From Planctomycetales bacterium (GTDB taxonomy: Bacteria > 4484-113), in NCBI GenBank assembly GCA_037441675.1, contig JBBIRS010000003.1, positions 1 to 64,000 on the forward strand: a stretch of DNA of 64,000 nucleotides, given 5' to 3'. The translations under genes and the position numbers were made by a program. The notes beneath the pieces are model-generated. The model did no database searches, was not told where the DNA came from, and saw nothing but the letters and a program-made list of their open reading frames with translations. Shown here in pieces: positions 49,186 through 59,238 of the stretch. The first letter of the stretch is position 1; each line of letters starts with the position of its first letter.

Positions 49186-51537
49186 TTGTCGGAAGTTTTC
49201 ATGATTGAAACATTCAAAAAGAGTCGCAAATGCGAAAAATATCCAAGCCAGAGGCAAGCCCATCAGGCTAGCCTTGTCAGTATCGCCATTGTAGGATATC
49301 CCAATGCGGGGAAATCAACTCTGTTTTCAGCATTATCAGGCTCAATGGCGCATTCCGCCAACTATCCAGGAACGACAGTGGACATTTCTGAAGCACGTTT
49401 CTCCATTGGTGAGCGCAACTTTATTATCTATGACCTTCCCGGTATGGTTTCCACTCTTCCGCAGAGCGAAGATGAGCGAGTTTGCAGGGATTTTCTCTTT
49501 CAAAGCAACCCTGACATCGTTCTGCAGATTCTTAACGCAGGAAGCCTTTCAAAAGACCTCTACTTAACTCTTGAACTTATGGAGTACGGTTATTCTCCAC
49601 TGTTGGTCATTAACAAGGCGGACATCTCAGAGGCAACGGGAATAATGATAAATAAGGAACTTTTGGAGAAAAGATTCGGCTTGCCTGTGTTTGTCGTCAA
49701 CGCGGTTAATCACGAAACTCTACTTGAACTAAAGAATCACTTGGCGGAATACGATTTGACAAGGTTTAGGAGAAGCCCAACACCAAGGCTCTTTGTGAAT
49801 TATGGGATTCTGAGTGATTATATGAACGAAGCGGAGGAGATAATTAGGAGGAGCGGAGTGGATGGTGGTTTTGCGAGATTAAAAGCCATTGAGCTGTTGC
49901 GAACTATCGCAGAGGATGGAGAAAAAAATGTGGTCAGGGGAAAAGTTAAAAGAGAGATAAAGGAGATGGCAAATGCCGCTAGGCTAGAAACGCTGATAGA
50001 AATGGTATGGAGAAGATGCAAGAGGGAGATGAATGCGCCACCAGTTGCTCTTGTGGCAGAGGCAAGGCACGCTCTCATAAGGGGGATTCTTTCTGGGGTT
50101 GTGAAGACGCAGGAGGGTGGTCAAGTTGGAGCGAAAGAAAGCGAAAAACCACTAGAGATGGGCACAGGCGAGGAGATTAGCGAGCCTGAGCGGATTGCTA
50201 AAACCACCGCATCCACTAAGTTTTTGTCCTTCCAGGAGAGCCTTGACCGAATCGCCCTTCATCCGGTACTGGGCATCGCGCTATTTTTCCTCGTGATGTG
50301 GGTGACGTTTCAGGTAACCTTTGCGGTTGGCTTTCCGCTCTCTGATTTGGTGAGCCAAGGCTTTAATTTCGTCGGCGAAATGATAAAAGGTTGGATTGTT
50401 GGAATGCCGATGCTTGCATCATTGCTCGCGGATGGAATTTTTGGTGGTGTGGGAGCTGTGCTTTCTTTTGCACCACTCATCCTTGTTCTATTTTTCGCTA
50501 TTTCTTTGCTTGAGGATAGCGGATATTTGGCGAGAGGCGTGATTTTGATGGATGGTGCGCTTCGAAGGTTTGGGCTTTCGGGTAGGTCTTTCGTGCCAAT
50601 GTTTCTCGCCTTTGGTTGCAATGTGCCCGGCGTGCTTGCTGCAAGAACCATTCCGAATACTAGAGAAAGAATCTTTACCATTTTGGCTCTGCCTTTTATG
50701 AGCTGTTCCGCCAGGCTTCCCGTTTACCTTCTACTAATCGCAGGATTTTTTGACCGAAGAATAGCGGGAACCATCTTGTTCCTAATCTATCTATTGGGGA
50801 TAATCTCCGCACTATTGCTATCCTCAATACTGAAAACCTCAGTCCGAAGGGGTAGAGATACTCTTGTCGCGCTGGAACTTCCCAATTATCAAGTGCCAAG
50901 ATTGAGAGGTTCGCTATTGAGTTCCTGGCGACAGGCACGGCATTACTTTATGAAGGCGGGAACTATCATATTCGCCATCTCAGTTTTGATGTGGGCGCTG
51001 TTTGCTTTTCCCACGCAAAAGGATTTTAGCTTGAACGGTAGAGCGGTGGCGGTTGAGGTGGATGGCTTTGATAATGGTTTGACTGAAAGCGGTAGCGCCG
51101 ATTCTCCTTTCAGCGGAAGAAATCTGAGTGAGGAAAGCAAAATATCAAAATCCTACGGTGGACGCCTAGGAAAAGCTCTTGAGCCTATCTTTGCACCTTT
51201 GGGTTTTGATTATAGGATTGTTATGGCTTTAATCTCTGCGGGCTTCGCTAAGGAGATTTTCATTTCTACTCTTGCCACAATTTACAGCACGGAGAGCGAG
51301 AACAATGAAAAACTGCTGAGGGAACTTTCACGAAATAGTGGCTTGACAGCTCTAAGTGCGCTCGCCCTAATTGTTTTCATCCTCTTGTATATGCCCTGCC
51401 TTCCCACCGCAGTTACTATGTATAAGGAACTGAAGAGCCCGATTTGGTTTGGAGTTGGTGTTGTGAGTTACTTTCTGATTGCATACGGTTTTGCGCTCAG
51501 CGTAATTTTAGTGGGAGGTCTATTGGGGCTGAAATGA
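49186..51537 (+). CDS. feoB: Ferrous iron transport protein B
   Basis: GYPNAGKST, NYPGTTV, DLPG, NKAD, LEDSGY, FGCNVP, PFMSCSARLP, LYMPC. Confidence 0.95.
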   Translation: MSEVFMIETFKKSRKCEKYPSQRQAHQASLVSIAIVGYPNAGKSTLFSALSGSMAHSANYPGTTVDISEARFSIGERNFIIYDLPGMVSTLPQSEDERVCRDFLFQSNPDIVLQILNAGSLSKDLYLTLELMEYGYSPLLVINKADISEATGIMINKELLEKRFGLPVFVVNAVNHETLLELKNHLAEYDLTRFRRSPTPRLFVNYGILSDYMNEAEEIIRRSGVDGGFARLKAIELLRTIAEDGEKNVVRGKVKREIKEMANAARLETLIEMVWRRCKREMNAPPVALVAEARHALIRGILSGVVKTQEGGQVGAKESEKPLEMGTGEEISEPERIAKTTASTKFLSFQESLDRIALHPVLGIALFFLVMWVTFQVTFAVGFPLSDLVSQGFNFVGEMIKGWIVGMPMLASLLADGIFGGVGAVLSFAPLILVLFFAISLLEDSGYLARGVILMDGALRRFGLSGRSFVPMFLAFGCNVPGVLAARTIPNTRERIFTILALPFMSCSARLPVYLLLIAGFFDRRIAGTILFLIYLLGIISALLLSSILKTSVRRGRDTLVALELPNYQVPRLRGSLLSSWRQARHYFMKAGTIIFAISVLMWALFAFPTQKDFSLNGRAVAVEVDGFDNGLTESGSADSPFSGRNLSEESKISKSYGGRLGKALEPIFAPLGFDYRIVMALISAGFAKEIFISTLATIYSTESENNEKLLRELSRNSGLTALSALALIVFILLYMPCLPTAVTMYKELKSPIWFGVGVVSYFLIAYGFALSVILVGGLLGLK

Positions 51538-51698
51538 TTGAGGCAATTATACTGGGAGGTTTTATTCTGTTGGCTTTGGTGGTTTCCCTAAATCACATCC
51601 GCGCCATCGCGAGAGGGGGGAACTGCCACTTCTGCGCTCAAAAGCGTAAGTACTCTTGCCACGCGCGGGGGGTAACTTCCCAAAAGATCGATAGATGA
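51534..51698 (+). CDS. FeoB-associated Cys-rich membrane protein
   Basis: ATGA overlap with feoB; TM helix then GGNCHFC..C. Confidence 0.75.
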   Translation: MIEAIILGGFILLALVVSLNHIRAIARGGNCHFCAQKRKYSCHARGVTSQKIDR

Positions 51699-51708
51699 AA
51701 AAGCCATT

Positions 51709-51763
51709 CACGCCGGAGGACGGGCGTGATCCAAATTTTTGTGCAAGACCCCCGCACTACAGG
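51709..51763. repeat. REP-like repeat whose GTAG supplies the stop codon of the convergent gene
   Basis: cacgccggaggacgggcgtgatccaaatttttgtgcaag is shared with 32040-32078; ctac at 51757. Confidence 0.8.
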
Positions 51764-52881
51764 AAGGAAAGTAGCTCTTTCAGCTCTTCTTCGGTGTTCC
51801 AGAAATGGGGACTGACCCGGATAGCGCCCTCACGATACGAAACAACTATCTTACTTCTTTCTAATTTTTCAAATAGAGTTTTAGCTTCTTTACAGTTAAA
51901 GGTGACAATCCCTGCTCTTTTGTTCGGGGGAGTAGGCGTTAGTATATTGACTGGCAGTTCCGAAAGTTGGGTGATAAAGCTGGACGTCAGAGTTTCAATC
52001 TTGTTCCATATAAAATCAACGCCAAGCTCATTAAGCATATGAACCGCGCTTATAAGTCCATAGATTAAGGAAAAGGCGGGACTTGCGATTTCAAATCGCC
52101 TGGCATCAGAGTGAAGCTTCGTGTCGCGCCTCAGGAAACCTTCCCAATCTATCTCATGACCGTACCAGCCGTGAAAATACGGAACTAGCTTTTGAGCATT
52201 TCCAGAAACGTAAAGAAACCCAATACCCACCGGACACATCATCCACTTTGCTCCGTGAGTTGCAAGAAAATCAATGGAAAGCTCACATACGTTAATCGGG
52301 AGACAGCCGATGCCCTGCATACCATCAACGAGAAGGTAAAATTCTCTGCGTTTTTTCTCAGCTGATAATGCGCTTAGGTCAACACGAGCGCCTGAGAAAA
52401 AGCCGACCCAGGAAAGAGCTACAAGACGAGTGCGAGAATTTATCGCGGATAGAATAGCGCTAGTGAGGTCTTCACCCTGGGACATCTTCACGGGTACTAA
52501 CTTCGCCTTTTGGCGGAGGATGGAAGTTAAAGGCCAATAAAGGGAGGGAAACTCATCCGCCAAATAAATGACTTCATCATTCGGCTTAAAGGACATTGAG
52601 GAGAGGGCTCTGATGATGCCAGTGCTTGTGTTTGGCATTAGCGCAATTTCCTCTTTATTTGCGCCAATTAGCTTCGCGCACTCCTCCCGCGCAAGCTCCA
52701 TCTTCTCAAACCACTCCCATTGCGCCAGGCTTCCCCGCATCCTTTGTGTCTCAATTCCCTCCGCCACAGATGAAACTGTTTGGTCTGAAAGTGGCGAGAC
52801 TGAGGCATTGTTCAGATAGCGTATGCCCTGCCTTACAACCGCAAGAGAAGAGCGAAATTCTGTGATCAATGCATCATCCAT
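51757..52881 (-). CDS. Class V PLP aminotransferase family enzyme
   Basis: YLNNASVSP, NTSTGI, EFPS, VDGMQ, HGAKWMMCPVGIGFLY, IRVSPHFWN; no desulfurase Cys loop seen. Confidence 0.88.
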   Translation of the reverse strand: MDDALITEFRSSLAVVRQGIRYLNNASVSPLSDQTVSSVAEGIETQRMRGSLAQWEWFEKMELAREECAKLIGANKEEIALMPNTSTGIIRALSSMSFKPNDEVIYLADEFPSLYWPLTSILRQKAKLVPVKMSQGEDLTSAILSAINSRTRLVALSWVGFFSGARVDLSALSAEKKRREFYLLVDGMQGIGCLPINVCELSIDFLATHGAKWMMCPVGIGFLYVSGNAQKLVPYFHGWYGHEIDWEGFLRRDTKLHSDARRFEIASPAFSLIYGLISAVHMLNELGVDFIWNKIETLTSSFITQLSELPVNILTPTPPNKRAGIVTFNCKEAKTLFEKLERSKIVVSYREGAIRVSPHFWNTEEELKELLSFL

Positions 52882-53023
52882 TCCTGCCAGTATAGCACTC
52901 ACTAATTGGCTCGTCTAAAAAGAAAAATTATCAACTATTATTTTTGTTGAAGGACGAAATTGATGCAATTTGAGAGACGTGAGATTTCGCGCAAATCATC
53001 TTCTGCTAAGATAGATAAGATTA

Positions 53024-54163
53024 GTGATGCGATACGGAACCCTTAGCAGGGATATATCTACTCTGCGGATAAAAAGAGTTGCAACAAGCACCTCTAAAAT
53101 TCCGCTTCCATCTTGGCATCTTGGCATCCCTCTTGCGCTTTCGCTTCTTGGTATTGTGCTTCTTTATTCGACTACTTATACCGGCACAATAATGCCATCA
53201 ACAAGAGTGCTGTTCCAAGTGGTTTGGCTAATTCTTGGTTTAATCGCATATAGAGTTGTGTCGCGACTTCACATCGGCACACGGCCAAGAAGCGTGCATC
53301 TCTTTTTCTGGCCCATTTGGGCTCTTTTAATCTCCACGCTAGTTATTGGTTTTGCGGTTCATGGCTCTTCAAGATGGTTGAAGTTAGGACCGGTGCAAGT
53401 CCAGCCCTCTGAGTTCGCTAAAGTTTTTGCGGTTTTCTTAATCGCCTACTTCTTTAGCGATTACACGAAGGGAGAAGAGTTGAAGCGCTTTCTCTCAGCA
53501 GGGGGTATCATTTTTGCCTTAGCCATCCCGATCTTTCAACAGCCTGATATGGGAACCGCTGTGGTCTTTATCGTTTTATTTCTAACCATAATCGCTGTGA
53601 AACCGCTTCCTAATAGATATCTCTTTGCGATACTGATTGGGTTAACTCTAATCGCACTGCCGGGATGGATTGCACTCAAGGACTACCAAAAGGAAAGGAT
53701 AATTAGCTTTTTTCAACCGGGCAAAGACCCACTCGGTTCTGGCTACCACGTTAATCAAAGCAAGATAGCCATTGGTTCAGGCGGTCTTTATGGCAAGGGG
53801 TTCCTTCACGGAACCCAAACTCAAGGGCAGTTCATTCCAGTGCAAGCCGCTGACTTCATCTTTGCCACTCTCGGCGAAGAGTGGGGATTTGTGGGCGTTA
53901 TTTCTGCGCTTTCACTCTATCTCGTTTTCTTCCTGAAGGGATTTTCCCTAGCAAGACGGGTTAAGTCTGAATACTGCCGATTGATTATACTTGGCATTAT
54001 CTCCGTTCTTTTCTTTCAGATGTTCATAAATATTGGTATGACGATTGGCATAACCCCAGTTACCGGTCTTCCTCTGCCCTTTTTATCTTACGGCGGAAGT
54101 AGCATGCTGACGGTTTGGACATTCTGCGGAATGCTTGCAAGCTTGGATAGGTTCAACAGGTGA
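53024..54163 (+). CDS. rodA: Rod shape-determining SEDS protein
   Basis: GSSRWL, QPSEFAK, QPDMGT, YQKERI..F..P..DPLGSGYH..QS.IAIGSGG, TGLPLPFLSYGGSS. Confidence 0.92.
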   Translation: MMRYGTLSRDISTLRIKRVATSTSKIPLPSWHLGIPLALSLLGIVLLYSTTYTGTIMPSTRVLFQVVWLILGLIAYRVVSRLHIGTRPRSVHLFFWPIWALLISTLVIGFAVHGSSRWLKLGPVQVQPSEFAKVFAVFLIAYFFSDYTKGEELKRFLSAGGIIFALAIPIFQQPDMGTAVVFIVLFLTIIAVKPLPNRYLFAILIGLTLIALPGWIALKDYQKERIISFFQPGKDPLGSGYHVNQSKIAIGSGGLYGKGFLHGTQTQGQFIPVQAADFIFATLGEEWGFVGVISALSLYLVFFLKGFSLARRVKSEYCRLIILGIISVLFFQMFINIGMTIGITPVTGLPLPFLSYGGSSMLTVWTFCGMLASLDRFNR

Positions 54164-54343
54164 TTGTGCATCATTCAGGAGCGATAATTCAGAAGCAATA
54201 ATTGCATAAATTAGAGATGGTGTGGTTAGAAGAGGATGGTGTATAAGAAGAATGATTCATCTCCGAGTTTTAGAATATACGAGTTTTAGCACGGGCGATT
54301 GTAACAATAACAGGCTGACAGGGCTGAACGAAAAGTGGAAAAT

Positions 54344-54462
54344 GCGGGGGGGAGGCAAGCTCTCTGCCATCCAGAGCGCAGGTGCAGTGCGGAGACATGT
54401 GCCCTGCCAAGAGGAATGGGATCAAGGCGCCTCACAGGTGGTCCACCTACAGGGCGCACAGG
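54344..54462. repeat. Degenerate composite REP-like repeat
   Basis: tgtgccctgccaagaggaatgg...cacaggtggtccacctacagg parallels 31972-32026. Confidence 0.65.
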
Positions 54463-54993
54463 TTAGAAGCCGAGTTCGGTTCGTGTAAAGAGCGCGGTAA
54501 AGCTAATTCCATTTGATGAAAAGGCATCTTCGGAGCCTTCCATTCTGTCAAGCACCGCAAGAACGCCAACAACATTCAGATTGAAATTCTCCCTGAGTCG
54601 TTTAACCATATCAACCGCTTGTCCTCCAGTGGTTACAACGTCCTCAACAAGAAGAACGTTATCTTTAGGCTCATAAACTCCTTCCACCATCTTCTCGGTT
54701 CCATAACCCTTCGCGGATTTGCGGATAAATATGCAGGGAATATCTGTATCAAGGCTGAGGGCAACTGTTATTGGAATACCGCCAAGCTCAACGCCTGCTA
54801 GACGATCAACATCTTCCGGAACTAGCCTTGCCAGATGGTGCGCAACACTTTTCAAAATTTGTGGGTATCCCTCAAAGAGATATTTGTCCAAATAATACTT
54901 GCTCTTCTTCCCGCTTCTGAGCACAAAGTCTCCCTCAAGCAACGCAACCTCTTTAATCTTTTGAATCAACTCCTTCTTCGTGTAATAACGCAT
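54463..54993 (-). CDS. pyrE: Orotate phosphoribosyltransferase
   Basis: GDFVLRSGKKSKYYLDK, IRK.AKGYGT, LVEDVVTTGG. Confidence 0.93.
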   Translation of the reverse strand: MRYYTKKELIQKIKEVALLEGDFVLRSGKKSKYYLDKYLFEGYPQILKSVAHHLARLVPEDVDRLAGVELGGIPITVALSLDTDIPCIFIRKSAKGYGTEKMVEGVYEPKDNVLLVEDVVTTGGQAVDMVKRLRENFNLNVVGVLAVLDRMEGSEDAFSSNGISFTALFTRTELGF

Positions 54994-55047
54994 ATCTCGT
55001 CCCTTGGCATTATAACATTACTTCGCTCTTTAAGGTAATATAAATAA

Positions 55048-56160
55048 GTGCCATTGGTAACGAAAAGTTTTCAGTCGAAAGGACAGAGCCTGAAGGCTAT
55101 TCTAAATTTTGCAGATAAGGCAAAGTACTTTGCGCGACTAGAGGACGCAGGCGAAGTTAAACGGACAAGGTGCACCCTCTGTCCAAGACTCTGCATAATC
55201 CGAGAAGGCTCCTTTGGCTATTGCGGTGTTCGCGGAACCTTTGATGGCGAATTAAAAACTTTCATATATGGAAGACCATCCTCCTTCGCAGTTGACCCAA
55301 TTGAGAAAAAGCCACTATACCACTTTTATCCAACATCTTTAGTTCTCTCAATGGGAACAATTGGCTGTAACATGCGTTGCAAGCACTGCCAAAACTGGAC
55401 GATAAGCTTTGCTAAGTATCAGGAGGATTACCACCTTCTCAGTGAAAAGAAGGTTTCAGCGGAGCATATCATCAGGTTATGCCAAGAGTACGGTGCATCG
55501 GGAGTTTCCTTTACCTATAACGAGCCAACAATTTGGATTGAGTACGTGCTTGACATATTTGAGAAGGTCAAGAAAACTACGAACCTATACACGGTCGCGG
55601 TTACAAACGCTTTCATAACACTAGAGCCTCTGCGCGATTTATTAAAGGTAACAGATGCTTATAGAGCAGACCTCAAGACCATTCGCACAAGGAATATGAT
55701 TAGATTAACGCAGTACAATAAACCTGAAACTGTGCTAGATGCGATTGCCTTTGCAGCAAAGGCTGATACCCACTTAGAGGTGGTTACAAACCTGATAACG
55801 AATTGGAATGACAGCGAGGAAGAGGTTAGGGAAATGTCTTCTTGGATGCGAGACAACGTTCCAGACACTACCCCTTGGCATTTCACACGATACTTTCCCT
55901 ACCTAGAGATGCGAGAACCGCCAACGCCTCTATCAACATTGCAAAGGTCTGCCCAAATTGCAAGAGATTACGGCTTTAAGTATGTTTACATAGGTAATGC
56001 GCCTGAAGTGGATGACAATACTTACTGCCCATCATGCGGAAATGAGATCGTAAAAAGACGAGGTTATAGCGTTAGGCTTTTAACCTCGGATGGTAGGTGT
56101 TCCAAATGTCAGAAGCTTATTCCCTTCACCGGGCTAGGAACACAAGCGGTTTCCAGTTAA
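55048..56160 (+). CDS. amrS: AmmeMemoRadiSam system radical SAM enzyme
   Basis: CTLCPRLC, VDPIEKKPLYHF, GCNMRCKHCQNW, FTYNEP, YVYIGN, TYCPSC. Confidence 0.9.
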   Translation: MPLVTKSFQSKGQSLKAILNFADKAKYFARLEDAGEVKRTRCTLCPRLCIIREGSFGYCGVRGTFDGELKTFIYGRPSSFAVDPIEKKPLYHFYPTSLVLSMGTIGCNMRCKHCQNWTISFAKYQEDYHLLSEKKVSAEHIIRLCQEYGASGVSFTYNEPTIWIEYVLDIFEKVKKTTNLYTVAVTNAFITLEPLRDLLKVTDAYRADLKTIRTRNMIRLTQYNKPETVLDAIAFAAKADTHLEVVTNLITNWNDSEEEVREMSSWMRDNVPDTTPWHFTRYFPYLEMREPPTPLSTLQRSAQIARDYGFKYVYIGNAPEVDDNTYCPSCGNEIVKRRGYSVRLLTSDGRCSKCQKLIPFTGLGTQAVSS

Positions 56161-57257
56161 ATATAATCCGCTAGGGTTTCTTCTGGATGATTTCCTATTT
56201 GTATTTCAAATTCTCTATACTGACCCTGACGAATAACTCCAAAAACAAGAATCTGGTTTCTCTCAGAGTTAAAGACTATTCTTTCTAGTTCTCCAATGGT
56301 CTTCACTAGATTTCCGTCAACCTTCAGGATGAAGTCCTGTTTTCTAAGACCAGCATCATAGGCGGGACTTCCCTCCCAAACGTCAGATATCGCCACCCCA
56401 ACATCCCAGTATTCGTCAGGTAACCCCATATACATTCTAAATGTGTTATCAACGTTTGTGAATGGAAGAATTCCCAACCATGGACGGAAGGCGGGCTTCT
56501 TATCCTTAATCATTTGAGGATACAGGCGTTTGAGTAGATTTGAAGGAAGATAAAACGTAACATTTTGCAAATATCCTCTTCCTCCGGACATTGCTCTAAC
56601 CGCGTGGATTCCGATAACTTCGCCGTTTGCGTTGAAGAGCGGACTTCCTTGATTACCAACGTTGACGACTACGTCTGACTGAATCATATCCTGAACCAAT
56701 TGCCCACTGGGAAGGCGAACCGCCCTTATGGCGGAAACTATTCCGTAAGAAACGGTGGTTCCATAACCTCCAGCGCTACCAACGACCACAACTGAATCTC
56801 CCTGCTTAACTTTGTCGCTATTCCCAAACTTTACGGGCACAAGGTTTTTGGGAGGGTTCTTCAACTTCAAGAGGGCAAGTCCCCATCCTTTGTCAAGGAC
56901 GAGAATATCCGCCTCTCCTTTAGAGCCATCTGCAAAGGTTACTTCAACAACATCCGCGCCACCAACCTCAGATTCGGAAGAAAGAATGTGACCTTCCTTG
57001 TCAAGAATAAATCCACTGGCGAAATTCCGCACCAACTGGTGCATCCTTTGCTCCCCTCCAATGGCAACTCCTGGCGCGACCTGTGCACCACCCAACCTCA
57101 TTGAGGCGTAGCCTAATTTAACGGATTCTAGGGTGACAACGCTCTTGCTTACTTTTTTAGCTACCTCCTCCGCGACGAAAGCTGAACGTGCAGTTTCTAC
57201 ATGACTAATCAAAATAAAACCAATTGACAATCCAAGAATTATTAAAAGCTTTTTCAT
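56157..57257 (-). CDS. HtrA/S1C-like protein with PDZ, catalytically dead
   Basis: ASGFILDKEGHILSSESEV (His lost), GWGLALL (Asp lost), NVGNQGSPL (Ser to Gln); signal peptide. Confidence 0.88.
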   Translation of the reverse strand: MKKLLIILGLSIGFILISHVETARSAFVAEEVAKKVSKSVVTLESVKLGYASMRLGGAQVAPGVAIGGEQRMHQLVRNFASGFILDKEGHILSSESEVGGADVVEVTFADGSKGEADILVLDKGWGLALLKLKNPPKNLVPVKFGNSDKVKQGDSVVVVGSAGGYGTTVSYGIVSAIRAVRLPSGQLVQDMIQSDVVVNVGNQGSPLFNANGEVIGIHAVRAMSGGRGYLQNVTFYLPSNLLKRLYPQMIKDKKPAFRPWLGILPFTNVDNTFRMYMGLPDEYWDVGVAISDVWEGSPAYDAGLRKQDFILKVDGNLVKTIGELERIVFNSERNQILVFGVIRQGQYREFEIQIGNHPEETLADYI

Positions 57258-57393
57258 TTTTCACCTCATAGATCTTAAGTAAAACTAGAGCGATTAAGCC
57301 AGCCAAAAATCCATTTCTCAATCTATCACTCCCTGGCGTGGAATAAGGTAGCACGCCTGGCGAGAATACCTCCAACAGTTTGAAAATGTTCAT
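57205..57393 (-). CDS. Possible small membrane protein between the HtrA paralogs
   Basis: 62-aa ORF with one hydrophobic stretch; overlaps the next gene by 53 nt. Confidence 0.3.
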   Translation of the reverse strand: MNIFKLLEVFSPGVLPYSTPGSDRLRNGFLAGLIALVLLKIYEVKNEKAFNNSWIVNWFYFD

Positions 57394-57394
57394 G

Positions 57395-57474
57395 GCGGGT
57401 ACAAGCCCCCTTCAGGGTGAACCCGTCCTACAGGGGGCAAGCTCGCCGAATGCGAACAAGCCCTTCGCCCACTA
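57395..57474. repeat. Composite REP-like repeat
   Basis: Shares modules with 6857, 30228 and 32075-32103. Confidence 0.75.
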
Positions 57475-57510
57475 AAATTTTCTGAGGGCGCAATGCCCAA
57501 TTTAAACGCA

Positions 57511-58716
57511 CTATACGGAGAAATTAAATACCCACTGTGGCTTTGGCTCAGTATAGAGTGTTACGCTTAGAGTATAACGTCCACGTTTAATTAGGAGGTC
57601 ATAGCGCTCGCCGATTTTGCCCTCAAGAACGTCAGCTCGGAAATCCTCTGGCATTTTGTAAGTTTTACCCTTAACGAGGAGAATCTCGTCTCCCTTAAGA
57701 AGTCCAGCCCTTTCCGCGGGCGAGCTTTTTTCAACTCCGTAAATGTGAAGACCAGGTTTTCTAAATCGCTCCTTAAACTCAATGTAACCTTCAAGGTCGT
57801 TAATGTTCGGCGGGAAAACCACATGAATACCAAGCCAAGGAACTTCATGACGCCTGTTTTCCAAAACATCGGAGATGAATTTCTTGACGTAGTTAATCGG
57901 CACTGCACCGTTACTTTGCTGGTCAAGTATCCAGCTTCCACCCCAAGTGTTTACGCCAATCACTTCGCCGTACTTATTAAAGCTAGGACCACCTGAGTTG
58001 CCTCCACTGATCGGAACCTGCATTCTGAAAATGTATGGCAACTTTGTTGCGTAATCCAGTCCAAGCCCACTCCGCCAGTTGCTCCATCCGTACATCTGAA
58101 AGTCCATTGTGGTGTCTCTACCTGTAATCACGCGCATTGTGGCGGTTGCCCTGAGTCCCCAGGTCTCAAGCCAATCGCTTCTCTCAACGTTTTGCCCCTG
58201 CGTTGAGCCAGGGCTTCCCATCGCAAGTGCAAGATCGCCGGGTTTTACAAGATCAGAATCTCCTAGCGTTACCGGAAAAAGCTTTTCCTTCGGCACGTCG
58301 TGTATTTGAATTAGGGCTATATCATAGCCTGGTGCGCCAGCAACAAGACTAGCCCGATATTTGCTCTGATCCCAAAATACGACCTGCAGCATAGCTGAGT
58401 CGCCGGCAACGTGAAAGTTCGTGATTGCGTGACCGTCTTTGTCAATTATGAACCCAGAACCAAGCGCAAGGCCAGTATCCCTTGTGGCAAACGGATCAGC
58501 GCTTGATATGGTGTGCACGACTATCACTCCGCGCTTAACCTTCTCAATAAGCTCCGGCACGTTCACTGGCGTTTCCCTCTCAATCTGAGAAGTAGATGTA
58601 TCTTGATCCTGCGCGGAAACCATTTGCGAACCTAAACTTATGCCAATTATTACCATTAAAAGGGTAATGCCTAATAGGGTAAATTCTCTAAACATTGTGG
58701 CTTTTTGTCCAATCAT
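57511..58716 (-). CDS. HtrA/DegP-family serine protease with PDZ, intact triad
   Basis: GSGFII, ITNFHV, YDIAL, ISGGNSGGP, PWLGI. Confidence 0.92.
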   Translation of the reverse strand: MIGQKATMFREFTLLGITLLMVIIGISLGSQMVSAQDQDTSTSQIERETPVNVPELIEKVKRGVIVVHTISSADPFATRDTGLALGSGFIIDKDGHAITNFHVAGDSAMLQVVFWDQSKYRASLVAGAPGYDIALIQIHDVPKEKLFPVTLGDSDLVKPGDLALAMGSPGSTQGQNVERSDWLETWGLRATATMRVITGRDTTMDFQMYGWSNWRSGLGLDYATKLPYIFRMQVPISGGNSGGPSFNKYGEVIGVNTWGGSWILDQQSNGAVPINYVKKFISDVLENRRHEVPWLGIHVVFPPNINDLEGYIEFKERFRKPGLHIYGVEKSSPAERAGLLKGDEILLVKGKTYKMPEDFRADVLEGKIGERYDLLIKRGRYTLSVTLYTEPKPQWVFNFSV

Positions 58717-58898
58717 CCTTCGTTTTCTCCCTTCTCTAGAATTAAATGCACGAACTAATTATATTCTATCACAAAATTTATTTGTAGTGATAGCCTTTTA
58801 ATTCCTGCGAAAAACCGCAATTAAGCTAGATTAAACTAAAATGAGTAATTTATGTAATGAGAATATTGCACATTGGTATCACCTCCTTTGTTTGATCT

Positions 58899-58923
58899 TG
58901 GCGGAGCAAAAAAGCTCCGCTAG
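58899..58923. other. Strong hairpin next to a perfect SD sequence on the minus strand
   Basis: tggcggagc-aaaaaa-gctccgcta; atcacctccttt at 58878-58889. Confidence 0.6.
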
Positions 58924-59096
58924 TTTAGTTACGCCTTCATTTCTTCCTTAAGTCAACAGGGAAAAATATGAGCCAACTTGCGATTTCTTTGGCTTATGAC
59001 AGAAGCTAACTAATCACTATTAAACCAAGAAGTTAAAAATCAACTTAGGCTTTGGCGTATTATCTTGTACTGATTCGAAACTGAGGAGGTTGTTAA

Positions 59097-59212
59097 CCTG
59101 TAGGGCGCAGCTGAGGCACGGAGGGAGCAAGCGCCCCGCCCTAAAGTGTGAACCCTTTAGAATAAATCCTTCATTCTAACCGCGCGGTAGAAAATTTCCT
59201 TGTAGGGCGTTA
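59097..59212. repeat. Degenerate REP-like repeats
   Basis: cctgtagggcg, gcaagcgccccgccctaaagtgtgaaccc (inverted relative of 61919-62000), tgtagggcg. Confidence 0.6.
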
Positions 59213-59238
59213 GCTGGTAAAATAAACAATTTAAGTTT

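Noticed and set aside
51757..52881. Cysteine desulfurase / selenocysteine lyase call for the class V enzyme
   Set aside because: The catalytic Cys loop (SSGSAC or RxGxHC) is absent; the corresponding region reads SYREGAIRVS.
58876..58890. ATCACCTCCTTT as the 3' end of a 16S rRNA gene
   Set aside because: No 16S sequence precedes it; it reads better as a Shine-Dalgarno on the minus strand.
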